A stretch of DNA of 64,000 nt, taken from IMG/VR virus record IMGVR_UViG_3300045988_095842. One strand, given 5' to 3'. Shown one piece after another: positions 1-8,570 of the stretch; position 1 is the first letter of the stretch; every line of letters begins with the position of its first letter. A model generated the notes under the pieces. The model was not told where the DNA came from. It worked only from the letters and a program-made list of their open reading frames with translations, and ran no database searches. Both the position numbers and the translations under genes were made by a program. This stretch comes from a virus.

Positions 1-385
1 TTATCTTTTCCTTATGGCAGTTCCAGTATCCATTGCAAAATATGCAGTCGACACACGGCGTTTGTATACACAGACCCACATCCCCGTTTTCCATTACTGC
101 AATGCGATGTGCAATTGTAAAGTCTGAAGAATCTCCAAGCCCAAGTTCATCAAATCTTTCCTTGTTTTTCTCCTTATTTGTCATCCCTTTCTTCTCCGTC
201 TCCACTTCTGAGTTGAGCCACTCTCTCACCTTCCGAACACAGGTAATATTTTCTGTTGAGTAAAAAATACAATCGGCGCAATTATCACAGAAACCGCGGC
301 ACATTCTCAGCGTCCCATCTTTTCCAACTGCAATAAGGTTCGCCGCCTGATTTATGTCTTTTGGTTTCTTTCCATTCCATTCCAC
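1..385 (-). CDS. Cys-rich hypothetical protein, 3' end runs off the window; start uncertain (possibly GTG at 385)
   Basis: Open minus-strand frame from about 385 to position 1 with CRGFCDNCADC and CVDCIFCNGYWNC motifs; no stop before window edge. Confidence 0.4.
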   Translation of the reverse strand, partial: MEWNGKKPKDINQAANLIAVGKDGTLRMCRGFCDNCADCIFYSTENITCVRKVREWLNSEVETEKKGMTNKEKNKERFDELGLGDSSDFTIAHRIAVMENGDVGLCIQTPCVDCIFCNGYWNCHKEKI

Positions 386-468
386 ACCGATATTTTCAAT
401 TTCTACTCACCATTTTTCCCAATATGTCATTCCTTCTCCTTTTTCCCATCATTTCCTCGACATACTCT

Positions 469-1035
469 TCAATCTATGCGCTGTCTGCTTCTTAACATGC
501 AGAACAGCAATTCTGTAGTTGACCTGTTCCTTGGGCCTAATCTACAATTTTTAACAACTCTTAATTCCCAATCATCAAACTCTCCTTCGAATGGTGTTGG
601 CTGAATAAATTCATCATCCATAGTCCTTCCGCAAGGGACTGCAACCAAAAACCCGTAATATTGTGAGGATTCCGGATGATGCTCAAACAAATATTTGCTG
701 ATTTTCCCGTTAAGTTGATCATCGAGAATACTCTTGTAACATTCCATAGTTGTCACAATGTAGTTTTTTTCTCCAAAGAAGTTAAGTCCATGTCCACTGT
801 ATAGATCTTCTTTGCAACTTTTCACTTCGTAGCAGACAAAGATTCCTTTTTCAATTCCGGATATGGACATCTGATTTTCAGGAATGAACTGCATAAAATC
901 GACACGTTTTCCATGATCTGTCCATGGATCAATACTGACTTCGCGTGCATAATACTTCCCTGCCCCGGAAAGTCTATTTGCAACAAGGATATCGCCCAAT
1001 AACTTTGTGGTATCTGCTCTGTTCATTCCTCCCAT
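469..1035 (-). CDS. PD-(D/E)XK-type nuclease-like protein (possibly MmcB-like)
   Basis: 188-aa ORF; VDFMQF ... CYEVKSCKED fits a D-x(n)-ExK nuclease core; by-eye call. Confidence 0.5.
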   Translation of the reverse strand: MGGMNRADTTKLLGDILVANRLSGAGKYYAREVSIDPWTDHGKRVDFMQFIPENQMSISGIEKGIFVCYEVKSCKEDLYSGHGLNFFGEKNYIVTTMECYKSILDDQLNGKISKYLFEHHPESSQYYGFLVAVPCGRTMDDEFIQPTPFEGEFDDWELRVVKNCRLGPRNRSTTELLFCMLRSRQRID

Positions 1036-1040
1036 TTCAT

Positions 1041-1307
1041 CTATATCCTCTCATACACTTGTTCTTCTCCTCCATCCTGGAAAAGTTCATTGACAATGCT
1101 ATCCACCTTGATCGCTGCGAGGAACGTTATCGCTGAGTGAGGCTTTTCTCCAGACGTAATATGAATTATTTCTGACGCAAGATCTCCCATGGCGCAAAGT
1201 ACTTCTTCCTTGCTGAGTAACTTCTTCGTGGATTCATTTTTCTTGCACCACTCCTTATATTCTTCAGACTCCTCAATTGCATCGAACATTTCATCAAGCT
1301 TACTCAT
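1041..1307 (-). CDS. hypothetical protein (same family as 63497..63751)
   Basis: Tightly packed ORF; YKEWCKKN...LSKEEVLCAMGDLASEII parallels YEKWYEKN...ISKLEFLDAFSSAMAIV in 63497..63751. Confidence 0.6.
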   Translation of the reverse strand: MSKLDEMFDAIEESEEYKEWCKKNESTKKLLSKEEVLCAMGDLASEIIHITSGEKPHSAITFLAAIKVDSIVNELFQDGGEEQVYERI

Positions 1308-1334
1308 TTAAATTTTCTCCTTTTTGCGCTGTGC

Positions 1335-1781
1335 TTATTCATAGCCTTTTTCCCTCAGCCAGTCGTGATACTCCTCAGACAGTCCTGCGTCTGAAATCAG
1401 TAAAAGAAGTGCCGTATATTTCGCGGATCGTCTTATTTCCGCTGCGCGGATGCTCTCTACTGTTGGTGCTATTGGAGACATGTAGTCAGCAGCGTGATTG
1501 AAAATCTGATTTTTCAAATCATCGAACTTCGCATCTTTCTCCGTATCTGGAACATCCTCCGTTTTCTTCTCCGTTTCCCCTGCGAGGAAGAAATCATCAA
1601 GAACTCTCTTTGTTTCCGCAGCCGCAATTGCGCAAGCTTGGATTGATGTCCCGATGGGTACGGTTGCAACCAACGTCGTAGTAACTACGTCGGAAATTGC
1701 GCTTGCAAGCTGCGCTTTAGAGATCATCGTCTTTTCATTTCCGAGCTTCTCCTCTAATTTTTCAAAACTGTGTTTATTCAT
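1335..1781 (-). CDS. hypothetical protein, tandem paralogue of 1774..2196
   Basis: Shares VLDDFF acidic linker and C-terminal W..KGYE with neighbour (VLDEFF ... W..NGYE); 8-nt overlap with upstream gene. Confidence 0.6.
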   Translation of the reverse strand: MNKHSFEKLEEKLGNEKTMISKAQLASAISDVVTTTLVATVPIGTSIQACAIAAAETKRVLDDFFLAGETEKKTEDVPDTEKDAKFDDLKNQIFNHAADYMSPIAPTVESIRAAEIRRSAKYTALLLLISDAGLSEEYHDWLREKGYE

Positions 1782-2196
1782 ATCCGTTCACCGCCTTCCA
1801 AAAGTTGTATTTTTCTTTCAGATCCGCATCTATAATCAAATTGTATAGACTGGAATACCGGCCAAACAATACACGTGAATAGGTTCTGTGGTACTGCACA
1901 TCTCGCAGATGTGTCCGCTCAAAGAGCAGCTCCTCCAGCGCACTCAGCTCTGTCTTTTCTGCAGGCTTCTCAGCATCCTTCTCCTCTTTCTTTTCCTCTT
2001 CTTCCGGGAAGAATTCATCAAGGACCTTTAACATCTCCATTGACGCATTAAGTATTCCTGTGGTCTCGTCTTCCAGCTCCGCAGCAGCGTTTGCGATTCT
2101 GCAGCAGACCTTGATGAGGTCCGTTTTGGAAATCTCTGCCTTCTCCTTGTGGGCCTTCTTCTTCAACTTCTCATAGCCTTTCATGTTAATTTTCAT
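1774..2196 (-). CDS. hypothetical protein, tandem paralogue of 1335..1781
   Basis: See 1335..1781; ATGA-type overlap with 2193..2777. Confidence 0.6.
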   Translation of the reverse strand: MKINMKGYEKLKKKAHKEKAEISKTDLIKVCCRIANAAAELEDETTGILNASMEMLKVLDEFFPEEEEKKEEKDAEKPAEKTELSALEELLFERTHLRDVQYHRTYSRVLFGRYSSLYNLIIDADLKEKYNFWKAVNGYE

Positions 2197-2777
2197 TTCT
2201 GCTCCTCCTTGTCCGGGTGACCGTCTGCATAGCCACTACAGACCTTTTCTGGCTCTTGTGGCACTTGGTAATCTGCCATTGCATTGAGCTTTACATACTC
2301 TTCATCAGTCAGTTTAATCATCTTCGCTTTCCTCATTCCTTTTTCTCCCCAGTGCATCGGAGTTTTGCTCTCAATGCAATCCTGGACGATCTGCTTAAAG
2401 TCCGACCACCTCATACAGTCCGATCGCCCCGCGTAGCCGTAGCAATAATTATCGTCATAGTCCTTAATCACTTCCCAGATTGCGCGGCACGTCCATACGC
2501 CAACTTTCCCTTCACAGTCCGACTGGTACAGGAAATCAAGAATGCGGAGCTTTTTCGGCTCCTTTTTTAATTTGTTATTGAGAACGAGAAAATCCTTGTC
2601 GTATTGCACGAAAAACTTTGTACTTTCCGGTTCGGATAGCGGTTCATCGTCGAAAAGTTTGCGGTAAAAAGCTCCGATTTCCGGCGATGTAAGATCTGCG
2701 ACTTTCTGCCGAAGACGCATGAACCCACCATAGCCACAGTCCGCCTCACAGTTCTTACTCCAAATTGTTATTCCCAT
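2193..2777 (-). CDS. hypothetical protein
   Basis: 194-aa ORF in operon-like packing; no recognisable motif. Confidence 0.6.
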   Translation of the reverse strand: MGITIWSKNCEADCGYGGFMRLRQKVADLTSPEIGAFYRKLFDDEPLSEPESTKFFVQYDKDFLVLNNKLKKEPKKLRILDFLYQSDCEGKVGVWTCRAIWEVIKDYDDNYCYGYAGRSDCMRWSDFKQIVQDCIESKTPMHWGEKGMRKAKMIKLTDEEYVKLNAMADYQVPQEPEKVCSGYADGHPDKEEQK

Positions 2778-2815
2778 TTTTCCCCTTTCTGCTAAGCATT
2801 TCCCTTACGTACTCC

Positions 2816-3043
2816 TCAATCGTCTGCCTTTTCATCTTCACTTTCCTCCTTGTACGGATCCGGAAACGGCATCCACGCGGTTACCACTGCCTTAAAACAA
2901 CGTTCTGTGACTTCAAGGTATCTCCATTTTTGATCATCATTCATAAATGCAGTCGTCACCGCATTCGCGGATGTAGTGACGATGACTGTTTCATACAGTT
3001 TTGGTAATCTCACCTCTACCGGAATCCATCTAAAATCACTCAT
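2816..3043 (-). CDS. DUF551-like phage protein
   Basis: W-IPVEVRLP near N-terminus and AWMPFPDPY near C-terminus, the usual DUF551 signature. Confidence 0.6.
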   Translation of the reverse strand: MSDFRWIPVEVRLPKLYETVIVTTSANAVTTAFMNDDQKWRYLEVTERCFKAVVTAWMPFPDPYKEESEDEKADD

Positions 3044-3205
3044 TGTTTTCCTCCTTGTACGGCTCTGGTAAAGGCATCCACGCGGTGATTTCTATCCCTC
3101 TTATACGTTCTCCTTCGCATTCTCCGTATTCTGCTAGGATGTCTTGTGTAGTGCTTGAGTACCAATACCAATCTTCGTTATAAAAAACAGCCGCTCCAGT
3201 AAACT
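3036..3205 (-). pseudogene. Start-less C-terminal DUF551-like fragment (..EITAWMPLPEPYKEENNE)
   Basis: Open frame without ATG/GTG/TTG before its last few codons; DNA 3047-3095 nearly repeats 2840-2890; frame is +1 relative to 3178..3447 across a T6 run. Confidence 0.4.
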
Positions 3206-3447
3206 GCTAACCTCCTGGCAGCTTCACGCATAAGATTCTCGAAGTTAGTGACGGGCATACCCATCACGCTATCCCCAATTCGATAGTCATAAGCAATCAG
3301 ACTTAAACGATCTAATTCTTTTGCGATGTCCTTATTTGATGATTCAGAATAATCCTTGATGTGAGTTTCTTCGTGCTCCTTGCAGTCAGCTTCATTATCA
3401 AATTCAAGCCCACAATACTCGCAGGCAAATACCGTTTTCTTATTCAT
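3178..3447 (-). CDS. small zinc-finger-like protein
   Basis: FACEYCGLEF..DCKEHEETH resembles a C2H2-type finger; 89 aa. Confidence 0.55.
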   Translation of the reverse strand: MNKKTVFACEYCGLEFDNEADCKEHEETHIKDYSESSNKDIAKELDRLSLIAYDYRIGDSVMGMPVTNFENLMREAARRLAVYWSGCFL

Positions 3448-3470
3448 CTTCTACCTCCGGTTTGATCCCC

Positions 3471-3860
3471 CTATTCATCCTTTACCTGTTCCATCTCTAC
3501 AGCATCTTCAACGGTAGTAATGATGGTCTCAGACAGCTTTACATCAACTGTGCCGCTTTTCGAAACCTTCAGAATCGCTTTTGCCCCGTTCTGAAGGGTG
3601 ATCCTGAGCCCGGTAATCATTTCCCTTGCCGCAAAAGGAACAGCTTCGGTCATAATCGCTGCAGCCTGTGGAAATCCCGGCTGAATCAATTTGCCAACTG
3701 CCGTTCGGGCTTTGCTCTCTTCGTACAGGGCATTCCGTTCCCTCTGTGCCCCATCGCAGTCACACTCACTGGTCGCGATCCGGTCAAGGTCTTCCTGTGT
3801 CTTCCCCTCTGCGTACCGTACCATCCGTACCTGCCCGCAGTACTTACATGTTCCCGTCAT
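3471..3860 (-). CDS. hypothetical protein (CxxC ... CDCD motifs)
   Basis: 129-aa ORF, 4-nt overlap with upstream gene. Confidence 0.6.
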   Translation of the reverse strand: MTGTCKYCGQVRMVRYAEGKTQEDLDRIATSECDCDGAQRERNALYEESKARTAVGKLIQPGFPQAAAIMTEAVPFAAREMITGLRITLQNGAKAILKVSKSGTVDVKLSETIITTVEDAVEMEQVKDE

Positions 3861-4294
3861 TTCTCCGCCTCCTTTTTTCTGTACTTTTCTACGTCTTCCG
3901 GACGGTATAGTTTACAGTGAGTCCAAAAGCAAATATTACCAGTAGTCGAGCTCCATGATGTGCGACCGTCTGCATACGCACCAAAACATCCATTCTTTAT
4001 TCCAGAAAAATATCTATTATACGAGCAATTGTCTGAGCAATTGTCTGAATTCCAGACTATAACTGGCGTATCTACCGGAACCTTCTCCCAGTCGATATCT
4101 TTGTCCCAATCAAACGCAAGCTGATCAAGCCACTTCTTTTTTGCTATTTCACAAGAACCCTGACCATAGAACAAACATTGTGCACAAGATACCTTTCTAC
4201 AAGTATTGATTTCATTTGTGTTTTTATTAACCGAAAAATATTCTTCAAATACTGTTCTTATATCCTTCGGATCAATTGATTCGTAATTTATCAT
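3857..4294 (-). CDS. hypothetical Cys-rich protein
   Basis: 145-aa ORF in operon packing. Confidence 0.6.
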   Translation of the reverse strand: MINYESIDPKDIRTVFEEYFSVNKNTNEINTCRKVSCAQCLFYGQGSCEIAKKKWLDQLAFDWDKDIDWEKVPVDTPVIVWNSDNCSDNCSYNRYFSGIKNGCFGAYADGRTSWSSTTGNICFWTHCKLYRPEDVEKYRKKEAEK

Positions 4295-4563
4295 TTCTCC
4301 TCCTCATGAAGCTTTCCAATTTTCTCGTACATGATCTTAAAAACAATTGCACTGTCTTCTATGAGTTTCTCTACCGGGATTCCGGTTGAAACAGCAACGT
4401 TCACTACAGCAAACAACGAAATCGTAAGCAAGTTACCGGCATCTCCTACAGTAACCAGGTTGCTAGGCGTTCCTGAAATGAATGGAATGTTTTTTTCCTT
4501 GGCAATTTCTGCTATCCTTTCAATAAGACGCCAAATTTCTTCTTCAACGCTCTGCTTTTTCAT
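4291..4563 (-). CDS. hypothetical protein (paralogue of 62493..62786)
   Basis: IAKEKNIPFISGT / IPVEKLIEDSAIVFKIMYEKI parallels IANENSIPYIAAT / LPIEDLIRNVTRGIEIAYRAF. Confidence 0.6.
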   Translation of the reverse strand: MKKQSVEEEIWRLIERIAEIAKEKNIPFISGTPSNLVTVGDAGNLLTISLFAVVNVAVSTGIPVEKLIEDSAIVFKIMYEKIGKLHEEEK

Positions 4564-4784
4564 ATCCGGTCTCCTTCCTTCAACCTGATTCCAACACTTG
4601 AAAAATATCCGATTTCTTTTAACTCCTGCTGAATCTTTAAAAGTGTTTTTACGGTGTAGTTTCTCTTTGAAACGCTCACCATTACAACGCCTTTTTCAGC
4701 GAATGCGTTCTCTCCTTTATCTTTTAAAAATTCAACCGCTTTATCTGCTCCTACTTTCATCTTTTCCTCCAGGTTTCCGCCCAC
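4560..4784 (-). CDS. hypothetical protein
   Basis: 74-aa ORF, overlapping stop/start with neighbours. Confidence 0.55.
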   Translation of the reverse strand: MGGNLEEKMKVGADKAVEFLKDKGENAFAEKGVVMVSVSKRNYTVKTLLKIQQELKEIGYFSSVGIRLKEGDRI

Positions 4785-4808
4785 ACAATGCAGACGGAGA
4801 CCATTTGT

Positions 4809-5456
4809 TTAAATCACAATTTCCAGCCGGCCATCTTTTGCCGTATAGATGTGATTACTGAGAATATCCTCCTCATCCATCACCTCTCTATTTCCATTGA
4901 TTTCACACAATGCGTCAGAGAGGTATTCTACATCTATGCTGTTAGGAACAATGATCACCTCATGTGTTGATGATGGAATCACGTAATATCCACCCTTGAA
5001 CTGCTTGATTTCACGGATTCTATGATCAATTTCCTTATCCAGAAGAAGCGCAGGCGTATCGATATCCTCCGAATACAGGACGTATGCGCCAATCGTTTCT
5101 GTCGAAGAATCAGATATTCCAAACACTTTTAGAACCATTTCATCAAGTGGGACAATCTCAAAATTTTTGGCTTTCATATTCCAGAAGGCAATAGCCCGTA
5201 AAAGCATTTTTGCAGTGAAGTCAAACTGCTCAAAGTCAAACTGCTCAAAAAGCATTTCCACGAGTGCTTCTGTCACGGGAGCCTTTCCGCAATCCAGATC
5301 TGTGAGATCCAGCATGTAAACCAGTTCCAGATCTGCTACCTTTGTAGACACCTCAGCATTAGTCCCCTCTGGCTTTAAAACGGCGATTACCCGTGACAGC
5401 AGATCATTTTTCGATAATTCAAACGACTTTTTCTCCACTTTGAACGTCTTGTCCAT
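4809..5456 (-). CDS. hypothetical protein with in-frame 15-nt tandem duplication (FEQFD x2)
   Basis: 215-aa ORF; perfect tandem copies of GTCAAACTGCTCAAA at 5220-5234 and 5235-5249. Confidence 0.6.
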   Translation of the reverse strand: MDKTFKVEKKSFELSKNDLLSRVIAVLKPEGTNAEVSTKVADLELVYMLDLTDLDCGKAPVTEALVEMLFEQFDFEQFDFTAKMLLRAIAFWNMKAKNFEIVPLDEMVLKVFGISDSSTETIGAYVLYSEDIDTPALLLDKEIDHRIREIKQFKGGYYVIPSSTHEVIIVPNSIDVEYLSDALCEINGNREVMDEEDILSNHIYTAKDGRLEIVI

Positions 5457-5532
5457 TTTGATTCCTCCATAAAAGTTAATATATTTACAACTACTATCAC
5501 CGTAGTGATCATTTCCGGTATTAAAAATACGC

Positions 5533-5883
5533 CTACGTAGTTTCTGACGGATGTAGAATCAGCTCTTTCCGGTTTTCCGCGTTGTGCAGCTCATACGAAC
5601 CTTCGTATTCCTCTGCAACAAAAACGCCAGTCGGTTTTTTATGCCTCATCAAATAATCGATATACTCTTTGCTCACCTTAATAGATAAGGTGTCTTCAAA
5701 TATGATGCGATATCCAAGAGCCTCCATGATCTTTGACACTTTTTCAAATTTCATGTCAGATCCTTTTTTGTGTCCCAGGAGTCTTGTGTAATTTTGCCTT
5801 GACTCTCCCATGATCCGAGAAAGCTGATAAACGGACATTCCTCGCGTTTTGAGTGCAGACCTTACCAAATCCTCACCAGTCAT
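5533..5883 (-). CDS. HTH DNA-binding protein (XRE-like)
   Basis: MSVYQLSRIMGESRQNYTRLL helix-turn-helix pattern near N-terminus. Confidence 0.6.
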   Translation of the reverse strand: MTGEDLVRSALKTRGMSVYQLSRIMGESRQNYTRLLGHKKGSDMKFEKVSKIMEALGYRIIFEDTLSIKVSKEYIDYLMRHKKPTGVFVAEEYEGSYELHNAENRKELILHPSETT

Positions 5884-5895
5884 CTTCCACCTCCT

Positions 5896-6900
5896 TTACG
5901 CCAATCTCAGGCCGTCTGACGGGTCATTTCTGAACACAAACCCATGTACAAACCTGGAATAATAACCTCCAATGTCTTTCATCTTCTGCTTTTTGTTTAA
6001 ATACTCATCTCTGGACAGCTTTTCCGTGAACTTGACAACATAGATGGTCTCTCCGGTCTTTGTATGCTTTGTCTTCTCGACCGTATAACCCGTATCCTCG
6101 ATCTCAACAGAGGCATCCTTTGTTTCAGCCTCCGCAACCTCATTCTTCTGCTGAGGAATTCTTGCTTTCTTCTCTACAACCTTAAATTTTCTGTGATCAA
6201 CAGAGACACCGAAATAGTAGAAATTATTATCGGAGTAATCGATCATCCCGTCAGAATCATCGTAGTTGTAGGATTCAACAATACTGTCAATGTCATCAAA
6301 CATCGCCTGCACATCCTCTCTCAGGATCACGTAAAGCTTTCCGTTTGCATAAGCATCGGCAATTTCCCGGTTTGTGGGATCCGACGGATCATTAGGCATT
6401 CTTGAATTAATATTCGTAAAGCTCCACTTTACTCCGTATCTCGCGATGTATCTCCAAAGATCATGAAGATCATCATCACTCAGCTCACTCGCCTTCTTTT
6501 CAACTTCGAACGGTGCCTGTGTCAAGCTGATCGTAAGCTCCCGGCACATGGACGCATAATGCGTCCGAATTGAAAAGCGGAAGGTCGGATACTTTTCCTT
6601 TACATACTCACGGATGATTGCAGCGATCTCTTTAAGAGACAAAGAGGAATCATAATTGCTTCCTTCCCAACCGTTCTGCGTATAGAAATGCCTGCGTGTA
6701 CTGCTTGCCGTCTCGGAAACCTTATCTCCAGTTTTCTTTTCCTGACGATCCTTCCAGATAGGGAACAATGCGTCATACTCAACATTGATCTCTTTCATTG
6801 TTTCCGGATCTCCTCCGACATCAGGATGATTGGCCATTGCAAGAGCCCTGAACTGGGCTTTAAGATCTGCAAAAGACTTGATGTTTCTGAAGTACTTCAT
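5896..6900 (-). CDS. J-domain (DnaJ-like) protein with large uncharacterised C-terminal region
   Basis: FRALAMANHPDVGGDPETMKEINVEYDAL contains the HPD tripeptide; start moved to ATG 6900 (RBS AAAGGAGG); ORF track start was 6945. Confidence 0.65.
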   Translation of the reverse strand: MKYFRNIKSFADLKAQFRALAMANHPDVGGDPETMKEINVEYDALFPIWKDRQEKKTGDKVSETASSTRRHFYTQNGWEGSNYDSSLSLKEIAAIIREYVKEKYPTFRFSIRTHYASMCRELTISLTQAPFEVEKKASELSDDDLHDLWRYIARYGVKWSFTNINSRMPNDPSDPTNREIADAYANGKLYVILREDVQAMFDDIDSIVESYNYDDSDGMIDYSDNNFYYFGVSVDHRKFKVVEKKARIPQQKNEVAEAETKDASVEIEDTGYTVEKTKHTKTGETIYVVKFTEKLSRDEYLNKKQKMKDIGGYYSRFVHGFVFRNDPSDGLRLA

Positions 6901-6978
6901 GAGCTCCTCCTTTAATAAAATGCCTTTTTCTCTCCCCACAAACAATATACCGCAGTGACAATTATATGTCAGCTATTT

Positions 6979-7263
6979 TTACGCTATTAAACCTTTTTTC
7001 TTCAAAAAATCCAGGTCAACATCGCAGAACTCCTCGCCCTCTGATCCACAGACGAACACAGTCCCAGCAAAATACATTCCAAATACCGAATGGAAAGGAA
7101 GACCGCGTATCATACCTTCTTCATTGCAGATAAGGCACTGGTTCCCAGGAAGCTCAACCACCTCAATATATCCACCAACTACTTCCTGCAACGACTTTAA
7201 GGAGCCGTCAATTTCTTTCAACTCCCAATAATTGTTCTCCGGACGCTTTACAATAATTACCAT
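6979..7263 (-). CDS. DUF3846-like protein
   Basis: IDGSLKSLQEVVGGYIEVVEL pattern as in DUF3846 proteins of phages and conjugative elements; by-eye. Confidence 0.5.
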   Translation of the reverse strand: MVIIVKRPENNYWELKEIDGSLKSLQEVVGGYIEVVELPGNQCLICNEEGMIRGLPFHSVFGMYFAGTVFVCGSEGEEFCDVDLDFLKKKGLIA

Positions 7264-7442
7264 TTTTTATTCTCCTTTTTGCAGTTAAGGCATCTTGACG
7301 GGATATTGGTCCAATCTTCTGACACCATGTAATTTCCAGGGAATGCATACATGCATGTTCCACAGGAAGCCCCAATGCATTTTCCGCTTTCCTTAGCCTC
7401 TGCGGTAGTTGCATATCTTTCTGTGGCTGTTTTCATGTTCAT
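7257..7442 (-). CDS. small Cys-containing hypothetical protein
   Basis: 61-aa ORF, first gene of the 7442->1 minus-strand series; CGTC ... CLNC. Confidence 0.5.
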   Translation of the reverse strand: MNMKTATERYATTAEAKESGKCIGASCGTCMYAFPGNYMVSEDWTNIPSRCLNCKKENKKW

Positions 7443-7582
7443 AATCTTAATTCCTCCTTTATGTAAGCACCTCTTACATCATCTATATTGCCGCAGTTGC
7501 ACAAATATGTCAGCGCTTTTGCACCAAAATAATTAAACAGATATGGCCACAAATCTGTTTAATTTCCTGTGCGCTTTTAAAT

Positions 7583-7612
7583 AAAAAAAGAACGGATGCA
7601 TTTCATCCGTTC
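7583..7612 (-). terminator. Rho-independent terminator ending the 10012->7603 operon
   Basis: GAACGGATG-n5-CATCCGTTC stem followed on the minus strand by T7. Confidence 0.75.
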
Positions 7613-7779
7613 CGTGCCTCATTAACAATATCGGAATATTGACCATCTATTATTCCCTGGAGAAATCCTTCTATCATAGGATAGTATTTGGTAGGGATTT
7701 TTCTGAGAAGAACTTTTACTCTCATCTCATCAATTTGACTCTTCCCAACACCCTTTGAAAAATTCATAACCACGCACAT
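7603..7779 (-). CDS. small hypothetical protein (58 aa, below ORF-track cutoff)
   Basis: Hand-translated: MCVVMNFSKGVGKSQIDEMRVKVLLRKIPTKYYPMIEGFLQGIIDGQYSDIVNEARNG; stop lies inside terminator stem. Confidence 0.4.
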   Translation of the reverse strand: MCVVMNFSKGVGKSQIDEMRVKVLLRKIPTKYYPMIEGFLQGIIDGQYSDIVNEARNG

Positions 7780-7795
7780 ATCTGCCCCTCTCGAA

Positions 7796-8116
7796 TCACA
7801 TCTCTTTATACATGTCCTGCCATTCTTTCGCCTTGGAGTACTTATCCATCTCGCGATCTCTCAGGAACTCATAGATGGACTGCTCCTCGGCAGTCATGCC
7901 GGTGCCGTCATCGGCTGCATACTTGATCAGCTTCACAACCATATCGTGCAGGGATTGATAATGCGATGCCTCCTGCTTGCTCAGGTTTGCAAAGCCTTCT
8001 GCGATATCGGACCGGACATCCTTCCATTTGATCGCCTGCTTGGCATACTTCTCTATGTCCTCCAGCTCATCTTCGATAAAGCCGGAAAAATTCTTCAGCA
8101 TTTCTAAGTTGTCCAC
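7796..8116 (-). CDS. hypothetical helical protein
   Basis: 106-aa ORF, GTG start with RBS AAGGAGG; no firm motif. Confidence 0.6.
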   Translation of the reverse strand: MDNLEMLKNFSGFIEDELEDIEKYAKQAIKWKDVRSDIAEGFANLSKQEASHYQSLHDMVVKLIKYAADDGTGMTAEEQSIYEFLRDREMDKYSKAKEWQDMYKEM

Positions 8117-8117
8117 T

Positions 8118-8570
8118 TCATGCCTCCTTCAGTGCATTTCCGGATACAAAGGTCACGCTTCCTGCCGCCGTTCCGTCCGTCATGATCATGAACTGGATTC
8201 TCTGCGGATTCTGTCCACAACTTGTCCGGAAGCCGCGAATTGTCTCCAGCTCAATCAGGTTATTTCCTACTGCGACTGTCTTGATGCGCAGCGTTTCTGG
8301 AAGCGGCAGGCCGTTAAGATACATCTGGACTGTCACTGCTCCGGCAGTGGTAGCATTAAAACTGATCGTTCCACGGATCCTGTACAATCCGGAATGCTGA
8401 ATCACAATGCTGTTCTGCTCCAGATCCAGGGAAACGCCAGTATCTGTGATCTCTGTCCCCTGCAGGTTCATCGGTGCCATCGCAGTCCCGACGGCCTGCG
8501 TTGCGTTGTTGTAAAACTCCGTCGAACTCTTATAGTGACGGTCTTTCAGGTTGCAATTACAATTTCCCAT
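8118..8570 (-). CDS. BclA C-terminal / C1q-TNF-like jelly-roll domain protein (no collagen repeats)
   Basis: VSLDLEQNSIVIQHSGLYRIRGTISFNATTAGAVTVQMYLNGLPLPET parallels BclA CTD ISLDLG..FVISETGFYKITV..LTIQVNGVPVPGT; ATG 8570 has RBS GAGGTGG. Confidence 0.55.
   Translation of the reverse strand: MGNCNCNLKDRHYKSSTEFYNNATQAVGTAMAPMNLQGTEITDTGVSLDLEQNSIVIQHSGLYRIRGTISFNATTAGAVTVQMYLNGLPLPETLRIKTVAVGNNLIELETIRGFRTSCGQNPQRIQFMIMTDGTAAGSVTFVSGNALKEA

Noticed and set aside
5220-5249. Perfect 15-nt tandem duplication (GTCAAACTGCTCAAA x2)
   Set aside because: It is in frame, duplicates FEQFD inside a hypothetical protein, and has only two copies. It is a minor replication-slippage event and not a regulatory repeat.
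7443-7800. Search for a second copy of the att core, to delimit a conventional prophage. I also inspected 10670-10790, 11220-11300 and 11560-12117.
   Set aside because: No GGTTCGATCCCC-type sequence was seen in these intergenic regions. I could not scan every coding region by eye, so absence is not proven. Boundaries are left unresolved rather than invented.
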